A stretch of DNA of 64,000 nt from a virus, in IMG/VR virus record IMGVR_UViG_3300036832_001295, positions 1 to 64,000 of that record; one strand, 5' to 3'. The notes beneath the pieces are model-generated. The model had not been told where the DNA came from and did not search any database. It saw nothing but the letters and a program-made list of their open reading frames with translations. Numbering within the stretch: the stretch's first letter is position 1; each line of letters starts with the position of its first letter. This document shows, one piece after another, positions 56,752 through 64,000 of this stretch. A program made the translations under genes and the position numbers.

Positions 56752-57201
56752 TCAGGCGATGCCTGCGATCTGCGCCCAGGTCTCCCCGGCGTCCAGACGG
56801 GCGGCGGTCTGCGGGTCCCGGGCGGCAAAGTCCTCGACCATCGCTTCCAGGCGCTCCTGCGCCTGCTGGGCGGGCGAGCCGTAGGCCAGGTGCTCATGGC
56901 CTGCGCGGCAGGTCCAGCCCTCGTCCAGGGACCCGTTCAGGGCGTGCATGGGGGCCCCACAGTCGACGGTGGTGTACACGTCCGCAGGGCTGTCCGGGTA
57001 CCACTCCTCCTCGGGCGAGTGCAGCGAGGCGGTGGGGATCTCGACCCACCACGAGCAGGTACCGATCGCCTTGCCGTGGGTGGCCTCGAAGCGGTACTTG
57101 CGCTCGAAGCAGTCACGCACCTCGGCGATCGTGTCGTGCTTGACCTGGCAGCCCAGCGCGCGGCCGAGGGAGGCGGTGCATTCTCCGCAGGTGATGCTCA
57201 T
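56752..57201 (-). CDS. Cys/His-rich early protein
   Basis: start ATG 57201 after AGGAGCCAC; HDTIAEVRDC, WTCRAGHEH. Confidence 0.7.
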   Translation of the reverse strand: MSITCGECTASLGRALGCQVKHDTIAEVRDCFERKYRFEATHGKAIGTCSWWVEIPTASLHSPEEEWYPDSPADVYTTVDCGAPMHALNGSLDEGWTCRAGHEHLAYGSPAQQAQERLEAMVEDFAARDPQTAARLDAGETWAQIAGIA

Positions 57202-57242
57202 AACGTGGCTCCTAGTAGCTGGTGCAGTAGTTGACGGTGCCA

Positions 57243-57296
57243 ACGTTAGTCGTCGTAACCCGATGGTGCAACCCATGTGGGCATATCTCTGTTGTG
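57243..57296 (-). promoter_or_regulatory. repeated early promoter
   Basis: CACAACAGA...TTGCAC-17-TAACGT. Confidence 0.75.
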
Positions 57297-57370
57297 GGCT
57301 GCGCCACAGTGTCTGGATGGGGGCCCAGGTTTGGATGAGCACCCGGTATCCCGGGCCCCCACAACGGCCC

Positions 57371-58294
57371 TCAGGCCGCGTCTGCGCTCACCTCCTCCTC
57401 GGTGTAGGCGGCGATGCCCAGCACGTGCTCTGCGGCCTTCTGGGCCTGCGCCGCGGCCTGCACGATGAGCTTGTGGTCGGCCTTCAGGACCCGCAGCCAG
57501 CTGGCCAGGTAGGCCGCTGAGTTGTCCAGGGTGGTCTCGATGCCCGCCTGGGCGCACAGGAACGCGGCGGTCATCTCCGCGCAGAGTTCCTCCTTCGAGT
57601 ACTTCTCGTCGCCGAAGTGACTAAAGCTGGTGATGTTGGGCCGGTCCAGCCGGGACGGGTGGCCGGTGGAGTGCCCCATCTCGTGGAACAACGTCGAGTA
57701 GAACTCCTCGGCGTGCGCGTACTGGCCGATCTCCGGGACGGTGATCTCATCGGTGGTAGGCACGTAGAAGGCCTGGTCGGAGGCGGTCCGGGTGATCCGC
57801 GGCGCGTCCGGATAGCCCGCCACGATCGCCTCCGCGGCCTCGATCGGGTCATGCTGGGTACGGCTGGTCGCCGGGTTCACCGGCTCCTTGCCCTCGGCCC
57901 AGTCGGCCTGCTCGGCGTTGAAGACGGAGTAGACCCGCAGCATGAAGATGATCTTGGGCTTCTTCTCGCCGGTCACCTCGTCCGTCTCGGTGATCTTGAT
58001 CCGCTTCCAGAGCGTCACCATGGTCGACTTCTCGCCCTTGCGGACCTGACCGCCCATCTCGGAGATGCGCTTGTAGGTGCCCCACCACGGCGAGGTGTAG
58101 CCGCCCTCTAGCGCAGAGAGGCTCAGCAGCAGCGGGTTGATGCCGCGGTAGGCCTTCTTCGTGGACAGGCTCAGCGGCAGCGTGCCGGACGCGCCCCACG
58201 GCTTGCGCCAGGGCACGGTACCCGCTTCCAGGGCCTTGATGATGGTGGCGGTGACGGCCTCGTAGGCGTCGAACTTGGTCTTGGTGCTGGTCAT
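57371..58294 (-). CDS. ardC: ArdC-like antirestriction protein (ssDNA-binding plus zincin-like metallopeptidase)
   Basis: PWRKPW, YRGIN, GGQVRKGEK, VFNAEQ, TLFHEMGHSTGHPSRLDR, YSKEELCAE, SAAYLASW. Confidence 0.88.
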   Translation of the reverse strand: MTSTKTKFDAYEAVTATIIKALEAGTVPWRKPWGASGTLPLSLSTKKAYRGINPLLLSLSALEGGYTSPWWGTYKRISEMGGQVRKGEKSTMVTLWKRIKITETDEVTGEKKPKIIFMLRVYSVFNAEQADWAEGKEPVNPATSRTQHDPIEAAEAIVAGYPDAPRITRTASDQAFYVPTTDEITVPEIGQYAHAEEFYSTLFHEMGHSTGHPSRLDRPNITSFSHFGDEKYSKEELCAEMTAAFLCAQAGIETTLDNSAAYLASWLRVLKADHKLIVQAAAQAQKAAEHVLGIAAYTEEEVSADAA

Positions 58295-58339
58295 GGTGGT
58301 GGCTCCTCAGTAGCGAGTGAGTAGAAGTTGACGGTGCTA

Positions 58340-58393
58340 ACGCTAGTGGTCGAAAGCCGATGGCGCAAGCCCTACGGCGTAATCTCTGTTGTG
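58340..58393 (-). promoter_or_regulatory. repeated early promoter
   Basis: CACAACAGA...TTGCGC-17-TAGCGT. Confidence 0.75.
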
Positions 58394-58400
58394 GGCTGCG

Positions 58401-58781
58401 TCACAGGTACCGCTGCCGGTTGTCGGGCAGCACCTCGATGATCGCCATCCCAGGCTTGCGGGCCTTGCGCGCGGTCTCCAACGACGCGGTGCGCTTGATG
58501 ACGTGGGCGTGCGTGGGGTTGTAGGCCACCACGAAGTACCGGTTCGAGCGCGCGGTGCGCACGGTGGCCCCGCTGGGCGCGACCAGGGTCACGGTGCGGC
58601 TGGGGGCCACGGTGGGCGTGCTCGGGGTGGGCAACGGCTGCGCGTGCTCGGCGCACTCGGCGTAGACGGTGCCGCCCTCACGGGCAAAGGCCAACGTGGC
58701 GGGCTTGCCGCAGCGTTCGCCCTGGGCACCGACGATGACGGTGCAGGTCCGGCCCTCGGCGGGCACTCGACGGATGGCCAT
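58401..58781 (-). CDS. hypothetical early protein
   Basis: 126 aa; C..CGKPA...CAEH. Confidence 0.65.
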   Translation of the reverse strand: MAIRRVPAEGRTCTVIVGAQGERCGKPATLAFAREGGTVYAECAEHAQPLPTPSTPTVAPSRTVTLVAPSGATVRTARSNRYFVVAYNPTHAHVIKRTASLETARKARKPGMAIIEVLPDNRQRYL

Positions 58782-58782
58782 C

Positions 58783-59046
58783 TCAGATCACCCGTCCACC
58801 GAACAGCGGCCGGTCGGCGTGCTTGACCAACTCGGTGATGGTGAAGTCGGCGACCTGGTTGGGCGCGCTCGGGATCGCGACCGCGACTGCGGTCACGCCG
58901 CGGCGGCGCAGGTTGCGTACCGCGTCCCAGGTCAGCGACTGGCGACGGTTGTGCTCCTGCCAGCCCTGGCGGGGGACGAAGGACTGCACTAGGACCGGTG
59001 CGGTGTCGGTGCCGAAGTGTTCGGCGATCAGAGCGGGTGTGCTCAT
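58783..59046 (-). CDS. hypothetical early protein
   Basis: 87 aa; GAGGAGCCACC RBS. Confidence 0.7.
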   Translation of the reverse strand: MSTPALIAEHFGTDTAPVLVQSFVPRQGWQEHNRRQSLTWDAVRNLRRRGVTAVAVAIPSAPNQVADFTITELVKHADRPLFGGRVI

Positions 59047-59090
59047 GATGGTGGCTCCTCAGTAGCAGTGAGTAGAAGTTGACGGAGCTA

Positions 59091-59144
59091 ACGCTACTGG
59101 TTCAAACCCAGTGGCGCAAGCCATGTGGTGATATCTTTGTTGTG
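59091..59144 (-). promoter_or_regulatory. repeated early promoter
   Basis: CACAACAAA...TTGCGC-17-TAGCGT. Confidence 0.75.
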
Positions 59145-59263
59145 ACCTGGGTCACCTGAAGTTTGGGGGCTGCCGCCCCGCCCGTACGGCCGAACGTGGC
59201 CTGCGCGCCATGTCAAGACGCAGGGTGCCCCACGCTCTACGGGGCGGCAGCCGGTCTGTGGGG

Positions 59264-59674
59264 TCAGAAGCTGCGCACCGCGGACGGCGCGGCCAGCGGC
59301 TGGTGGATCATCTGCCACCGCGCATCACGCCAGTCCAGGCCCTCGACAAGCTCGTTGAGCAGGTCGTAGGTCTGCACGATGCCCAGGCCGGTGGCGAGCG
59401 CCAGGGCGGCGACGAAGCCGTCCATCTGGCCACGCCCGTCGGCGGCGGCGATGTTGGCGTTGGACGGGCGGCGGGTCTCGGCCTTGTGGCGGCGGCTGAC
59501 CTCGCCTTTGAGCAGCAGGAAGACGGACGGTGCGCCGATCCGTTGGAGTGCGGCCTTGGCCTGCTCGACGCGGGCCTGCTCCTGGTCGCGGCGGACCTGG
59601 TTCTCGGCCTCGACCGCTTCGCTGATGCGGCGTATCGCGCTGAAGTTGATCGACAGTTCCTGGTTGTCGTTCAT
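59264..59674 (-). CDS. hypothetical early protein
   Basis: start ATG 59674 after AGGAG. Confidence 0.7.
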   Translation of the reverse strand: MNDNQELSINFSAIRRISEAVEAENQVRRDQEQARVEQAKAALQRIGAPSVFLLLKGEVSRRHKAETRRPSNANIAAADGRGQMDGFVAALALATGLGIVQTYDLLNELVEGLDWRDARWQMIHQPLAAPSAVRSF

Positions 59675-59719
59675 GGTGGTAACTCCTGAAGTAGTGGTGG
59701 TGAGTAACTGATGTGTTCC

Positions 59720-59773
59720 ACCGTAAGGGTTGCAACCCAAGGGCGCAACCCCTACGGCGCAAACTCTGTTGTG
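59720..59773 (-). promoter_or_regulatory. repeated early promoter
   Basis: CACAACAGA...TTGCGC-17-TACGGT. Confidence 0.75.
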
Positions 59774-59780
59774 GCCTGCG

Positions 59781-60263
59781 TCACTTGCTCTGGTGGTACA
59801 GCAGGAAGTCGGCCACCAGCCCCTCGTACTCGGCCCAGTGGTTGGCGATCAACGTCGCGGTGGCCTCCCGCTCGGCCCTGGCCTTCTGCTCCGCGGCCTG
59901 CCGCTCGGCGTCCTTCTGGGCCCAGCGGGCCGCGTTGGCGGCATCCTGCTCGGCCTTCATCTCGTCCCAGACTGCCTGCACCGTCGGGTCGGCGGTGTAC
60001 CGGACATGGGTCCGGTGGCCGTCCAGCGAGACCTCCTCGCGGACCGCCAGGCCACGCTTGACCAGTGAGTCCAGCAGCCGCTCGGTGGTGCGCGGCCCGC
60101 TCCATGACCAGCCGCCGCCGTTGGACCAGCCGTGGTGACTGGCCAGGGTACGCAGGATGCCCCACTGGTCACCACTCATCCGGGCGAACTTGTAGCCGCT
60201 GGCGGTGTGTGTCTCGGCCAGCGCCGCGACCCGGGTGCGGAAGGTGTCCGGCACGGCGCTCAT
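59781..60263 (-). CDS. hypothetical early protein, possible winged helix plus coiled coil
   Basis: start ATG 60263; TERLLDSLVKRGLA. Confidence 0.65.
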   Translation of the reverse strand: MSAVPDTFRTRVAALAETHTASGYKFARMSGDQWGILRTLASHHGWSNGGGWSWSGPRTTERLLDSLVKRGLAVREEVSLDGHRTHVRYTADPTVQAVWDEMKAEQDAANAARWAQKDAERQAAEQKARAEREATATLIANHWAEYEGLVADFLLYHQSK

Positions 60264-60475
60264 GACGGCATCCAGGCATCGCTGGCGTTCGAGGCCTGGG
60301 CCGAGATGCCCAGCAACCGCAGCGCGGCCAGCACCTTGTCGATGGCCTCGGCCTGGTTCTGACCTTGCTCGATAGCCACGCTGATGGTGACCGGGCACAA
60401 CCAGCCGCCGCGCTGGCGGTCGAAGCCGGTCAGTACCGCCAGTGCCTCAGCAGCAGCATCATTGGACGGGTTCAT
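60260..60475 (-). CDS. hypothetical protein
   Basis: 71 aa; coupled to its neighbour. Confidence 0.55.
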   Translation of the reverse strand: MNPSNDAAAEALAVLTGFDRQRGGWLCPVTISVAIEQGQNQAEAIDKVLAALRLLGISAQASNASDAWMPS

Positions 60476-60485
60476 GGCTGCCCCC

Positions 60486-60914
60486 TCAGGCCGTCGCCGC
60501 GACGACCCAGCCGTTGATGAGCCGCAGGTCGTCCCCGATGGCGTCCATCAACTGCTTGATCTGAGCGAAGTCGTTGTCGTGGATGGCTTGGGCCAGCGGC
60601 GCAGCCATAGTCACCAAGTCACGGGCGTAGCCCTCGACGCGGACCTGGCGGGCGAGCAGTTCACCTGCTCGGTAGCCGGTGACTTGGTTCTTGTCCAGCA
60701 GGGTGCGTAGCTCCTGCTCGGCCTTGTCCAGTGCGGCCTTGTCGGCGGCGTAGATGGCCTCGCCACCATTGCCGTAGTGGTCTTCATCGTTCTTGCTGCC
60801 GTAGTTGGCGATGTAACCGGGCAGGTGGCCGCCGTGGTCTTCGAGCCACTGGCGGTGCTCGTCGCGCCGCTGGATGGCTGAAGCAATCAGCCTGGTGAGG
60901 TTGCGGGTGGTCAT
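60486..60914 (-). CDS. hypothetical early protein
   Basis: 142 aa; AAGGAG RBS. Confidence 0.7.
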   Translation of the reverse strand: MTTRNLTRLIASAIQRRDEHRQWLEDHGGHLPGYIANYGSKNDEDHYGNGGEAIYAADKAALDKAEQELRTLLDKNQVTGYRAGELLARQVRVEGYARDLVTMAAPLAQAIHDNDFAQIKQLMDAIGDDLRLINGWVVAATA

Positions 60915-60953
60915 GGTGGTAGCTCCTTGGGTTGTCGTAACTGACTGGTGCTC

Positions 60954-61007
60954 ACGCTACCTGTCGTAACCCAGGGGCGCAAGCTATATGGCATTAGCTT
61001 TGTTGTG
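60954..61007 (-). promoter_or_regulatory. repeated early promoter
   Basis: CACAACAAAGCTAA...TTGCGC-17-TAGCGT. Confidence 0.75.
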
Positions 61008-61068
61008 GTGTGGGACACAGGGGAAGCGGGCAGGGCTGCCCACCACAAACAGCCCCGCCCGCAAGCTC

Positions 61069-61392
61069 TCAGCCGCAGTCCATCTCCGGGTGGCCGCGGT
61101 ACTTGACCAGCACGCAGCCCATCCCGCCTGCGCCGTAGTCGCCCAGCGGGGCGTAGCAGGCGTCCTCGGTCTGGCCCTCGTCGGTGATCATTCGGCCGGT
61201 GACGTAGCGGATGCCGTCATCGTCGTACATCGAGAAGCGGTAGATCACCGCATCCGCGGGCAACGGCTTGTTGCCGTTGAGCACCGCGCACAACTCGTCC
61301 GGGGCCTCTCTGGGGCCCATCACGCCCGCGGCGCTGTGGTCGTCCGGGCCCTCGGCCAGGTGATCCTTGTCGATGATCCATGCGTAGCTCAT
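61069..61392 (-). CDS. hypothetical early protein
   Basis: start ATG 61392; FSMYDDDGIRY.G motif. Confidence 0.7.
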   Translation of the reverse strand: MSYAWIIDKDHLAEGPDDHSAAGVMGPREAPDELCAVLNGNKPLPADAVIYRFSMYDDDGIRYVTGRMITDEGQTEDACYAPLGDYGAGGMGCVLVKYRGHPEMDCG

Positions 61393-61434
61393 TTGGTGGC
61401 TCCTTGTAACAGTGGTTAGTAGCTGATGAGTACA

Positions 61435-61488
61435 ACCGTAATGGTTGCAACCCAGTGATGCAAGCCCTAGGGCGTTAGCTTTGTTGTG
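61435..61488 (-). promoter_or_regulatory. repeated early promoter
   Basis: CACAACAAAGCTAA...TTGCAT-17-TACGGT. Confidence 0.75.
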
Positions 61489-61495
61489 ATGTGGG

Positions 61496-62083
61496 TCACG
61501 AATCCAACAGGATGGCCAACTCGTCCAGGGTGATCTCGACCCGGTCCTTGCGCAGGGCGGGGTCCAGCTTGCGTACCAGGCTGTCCAGACCGCGGGCCTG
61601 GGCCAATGGGATGAGCGCACGACGCTGCTCGGCAAGCTGCTGCCGGTACGCCTCCATCCGGGCCTCATGGACCGCAGAGGCATGCGCAACCTCTGCCTTG
61701 CGTACGGCGTGAGTGGTCCATAGCTCGGCCACCTCGGCACCGGTCCGAAATTCCAGACTCAGCTTGACAGTGCCGAACCCGGGCACATCGCGGGTGATGA
61801 TGCGGGCCACGATGTCCTCGTCGGTGATGCTGGCCAGGTCGACGGCGGCGAGCAGATCGGCAGCCTTGTCCTTCTCGGTCCAGCTGACATTCTGCGGGGA
61901 GAGGAACACGTAGCCGTGCCGGTAGGCGCTGTAGGGCTTGCGGCCGGTGTAGCGGCGGGTGCCATGGCTGGTGGACGTCCAGGTGTCCAGGCTGACCAGC
62001 CTGGCCGGGTAGTGGTTCAAGGCGTACTTGTTTGCTCGGCCGACGGCGTAGACCTCGCCGACCTTCATCTCGCTCTTGTTCAT
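61496..62083 (-). CDS. hypothetical early protein
   Basis: start ATG 62083 after AAGGAGCCACC. Confidence 0.7.
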   Translation of the reverse strand: MNKSEMKVGEVYAVGRANKYALNHYPARLVSLDTWTSTSHGTRRYTGRKPYSAYRHGYVFLSPQNVSWTEKDKAADLLAAVDLASITDEDIVARIITRDVPGFGTVKLSLEFRTGAEVAELWTTHAVRKAEVAHASAVHEARMEAYRQQLAEQRRALIPLAQARGLDSLVRKLDPALRKDRVEITLDELAILLDS

Positions 62084-62120
62084 GGTGGCTCCTTGTAGCA
62101 GTGAGTAGTTGATGGGTTCC

Positions 62121-62174
62121 ATCGTAATCGTTGCAACCCATTGGTGCAAGGCCTATGGCGTTAGCTTTGTTGTG
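62121..62174 (-). promoter_or_regulatory. repeated early promoter
   Basis: CACAACAAAGCTAA...TTGCAC-17-TACGAT. Confidence 0.78.
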
Positions 62175-62205
62175 ATGTGGGTCACCGCGTCCACTCGGTA
62201 CTGGC

Positions 62206-62709
62206 TCATGCCGTCGCCGCCGCCCGTGCGCCCGCGTCGTGGCAGAGCACCCGGAACAGGAACCCGGCGTCCGGCCCCATGAACTCGCCGATGATCTCCT
62301 CGAAGACGGCCACGAACCGCGGCCCGTGGCTTTCCTCGGTGCGGGTCAGGTGATGGGCCACCTCGTGCAGCACGACAAGCTCACGCATCGCCCAGGACCG
62401 GTCCCAGGACTCGTGCGGCGGGATGGCGATGGTCTGGGTGTCAGGCTCGTAGTGCGCCTGGGCAAGGCCTTGACGGGCCCGTACGGCCACCTGCGGGCTC
62501 ACCCCGTACTTGCGGGCCCAGCGGGCCAGCACGACATCCACGTAGCGCTGCACGGCGTCCAGGTCCCCGAACTTGCGCTCGATGGGCACCGGGATGCTGG
62601 ACCCGGCCACGTGCAGAAGCGCGAGCCCGTGCTGGTTCGCGTTGTCCAGCAGCTGACGCAGCTGCTGCTCCGCGGCGTACAGCTTGCCGCGCTGCGCATC
62701 GCGGCTCAT
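62206..62709 (-). CDS. HExxH metallohydrolase (TIGR04338-like)
   Basis: start ATG 62709; RDAQRGKLYAAE, WAMRELVVLHEVAHHL, HGPRF. Confidence 0.8.
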   Translation of the reverse strand: MSRDAQRGKLYAAEQQLRQLLDNANQHGLALLHVAGSSIPVPIERKFGDLDAVQRYVDVVLARWARKYGVSPQVAVRARQGLAQAHYEPDTQTIAIPPHESWDRSWAMRELVVLHEVAHHLTRTEESHGPRFVAVFEEIIGEFMGPDAGFLFRVLCHDAGARAAATA

Positions 62710-63620
62710 GACGTGAGCCCGGGCCGAGACCCGCCGATGGCCCGCTCGCCGCCCAGTCGGGCACTCGCGCCCGCGGTGCGACCGGCGGCACTGGCGTGGT
62801 CGGAGCGACCGGTGGAAGAGCGTCCGCCGCGGTAGCTGCCACGGGCCCGGGAGTGCTGCTTGTAGTAGTCGGCGACCTCGACCTCCTTGGCGCGCAGCAC
62901 CAATTCGGTGCTGGTCGACTCGGGAGACAGGTCGGTCATCGCAGCCTCGGCGGTGAGCACGGCCTCGCTCAGGGCGTCCTGGCGGGCTTCCTCGGCGGCT
63001 TGGATGGCCTGGTTGCGGGCCAGCCGCAGCCGGGTGCCGACCTTGATCGCGAACGCCTCCTGGAAGGACTTGCGCGCGGTGATGCTGCTGACCGACACGT
63101 AGTCGCCGTCCACCCACTCTCGGTCGCGGACGTAGCGGCCCTCCCAAGAGGAGTAACGGCGCTCGCCGGTCGCCTTGTAGCGGCCGCTGCGCCAGACCTT
63201 CTCCTGCTTGTACTCACCGCTGCGCAGGTACTCATCGCACGCCCGCACCATCTGGATGACCAGGGAGGCGTAGAGGGCCTCGCACATGGCGATGTCGGAG
63301 TCGAAACCGAAGGCGTTGACGGAGGTGGAGTTGTGCGCGATGTTGATCTTGATGTCGTTCGCCTGGGCGATCTGGTGGAACAGTTCGACGTAGGTGAACA
63401 GCAGCTTCTTGCCGCGCTCACCGATCACGATCCGGCGGTGCGTGGGAACCTGCCGCTTGCTCTTGTCGGCCACGTGCTGACGGGCCCGTTCCAGGTCGAT
63501 CGCGTTGGTGACGGCCAACGCCTGGGCCTTGGCCATGAAGGTGGCGGCCTCGTCCTCGGTGCCTGCTGCCTCGGCCTGCCGCAGCAGTTTCCCGATCAGC
63601 TCCAGGTACTTCTCGCTCAT
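62706..63620 (-). CDS. DUF2786-domain protein
   Basis: start ATG 63620; LIGKLLRQAE...EAATFMAKAQAL; usual neighbour of the HExxH gene in actinobacteria. Confidence 0.8.
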   Translation of the reverse strand: MSEKYLELIGKLLRQAEAAGTEDEAATFMAKAQALAVTNAIDLERARQHVADKSKRQVPTHRRIVIGERGKKLLFTYVELFHQIAQANDIKINIAHNSTSVNAFGFDSDIAMCEALYASLVIQMVRACDEYLRSGEYKQEKVWRSGRYKATGERRYSSWEGRYVRDREWVDGDYVSVSSITARKSFQEAFAIKVGTRLRLARNQAIQAAEEARQDALSEAVLTAEAAMTDLSPESTSTELVLRAKEVEVADYYKQHSRARGSYRGGRSSTGRSDHASAAGRTAGASARLGGERAIGGSRPGLTS

Positions 63621-63720
63621 TGTGGTGGCTCGCTTTCTGACGAGTAGCAATGTGACTGTATGAATCAATCGTAGCAGACGTGTCAAGCGCTTCCTGCGTT
63701 GACCGGATCTGATGCGTAGA

Positions 63721-63775
63721 ACACTAGCGACCTCAAAGTCAGCGGTGCAAGCCCTATGGCGTTAGCTTTGTTGTG
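63721..63775 (-). promoter_or_regulatory. repeated early promoter
   Basis: CACAACAAAGCTAA...TTGCAC-18-TAGTGT. Confidence 0.72.
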
Positions 63776-63782
63776 GGCTGGG

Positions 63783-64000
63783 TCATAGGTGCATCTCGAT
63801 CCGGAAGAAGTGCCCGCCACGGACCCGCTCATCCTGATCGAAGAGCGCATCCAACATGGCGTGCGCCTTGCTCCGGTAATCCGCCGGGTCACTGCGCGGC
63901 TCCATCCAGGTCGGCGCGGCGTGGACCATCTCGGTCGGCGGATCGACCTGCGTATCGGCAGTCGCCGGACACTTCAGCACCTCTGCCCGAATCCAACTCA
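63783..64000 (-). CDS. 3' part of a hypothetical gene running off the window
   Basis: open frame ending at 63783. Confidence 0.45.
   Translation of the reverse strand, partial: SWIRAEVLKCPATADTQVDPPTEMVHAAPTWMEPRSDPADYRSKAHAMLDALFDQDERVRGGHFFRIEMHL

Noticed and set aside
1-64000. tRNA, rRNA, integrase, terminase and cas1/cas2 genes
   Set aside because: None recognised by eye; tRNAscan-SE and HMM searches would be needed to exclude them.

Overview
A 64 kb segment of a high-GC actinobacterial phage. Its head genes resemble Bxz1/cluster C-type myoviruses, and almost all genes are on the minus strand. From the left: head module (major capsid, decoration protein, maturation protease/scaffold), a large multi-domain virion-type protein with Nudix, SWIM and ART-like modules, about 16 kb of tail fibre/adhesin genes, two lysins, an intein-containing portal, more large head-associated proteins, a ~1 kb non-coding gap, and small early genes each preceded by a repeated promoter. 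The standout is a plus-strand cassette (32.9-38.3 kb) lying between the two lysins. It holds a RAMP/Cas7-like gene, two paralogous accessory genes and ~3.2 kb of non-coding GGY-NN pentamer repeats, split by a 4-nt GGCA unit into ~40-65 nt blocks. Reading each variable NN as the first two bases of a codon, mostly antisense, gives protein-like peptides. Several match conserved motifs of TIR, GHKL ATPase, SNF2 helicase, PLD nuclease and metallophosphoesterase domains. This suggests a wobble-skipping RNA-guided system aimed partly at host defence genes. From memory this resembles recently reported VIPR systems, which I cannot verify here. All decoding was done by hand and no searches were run.
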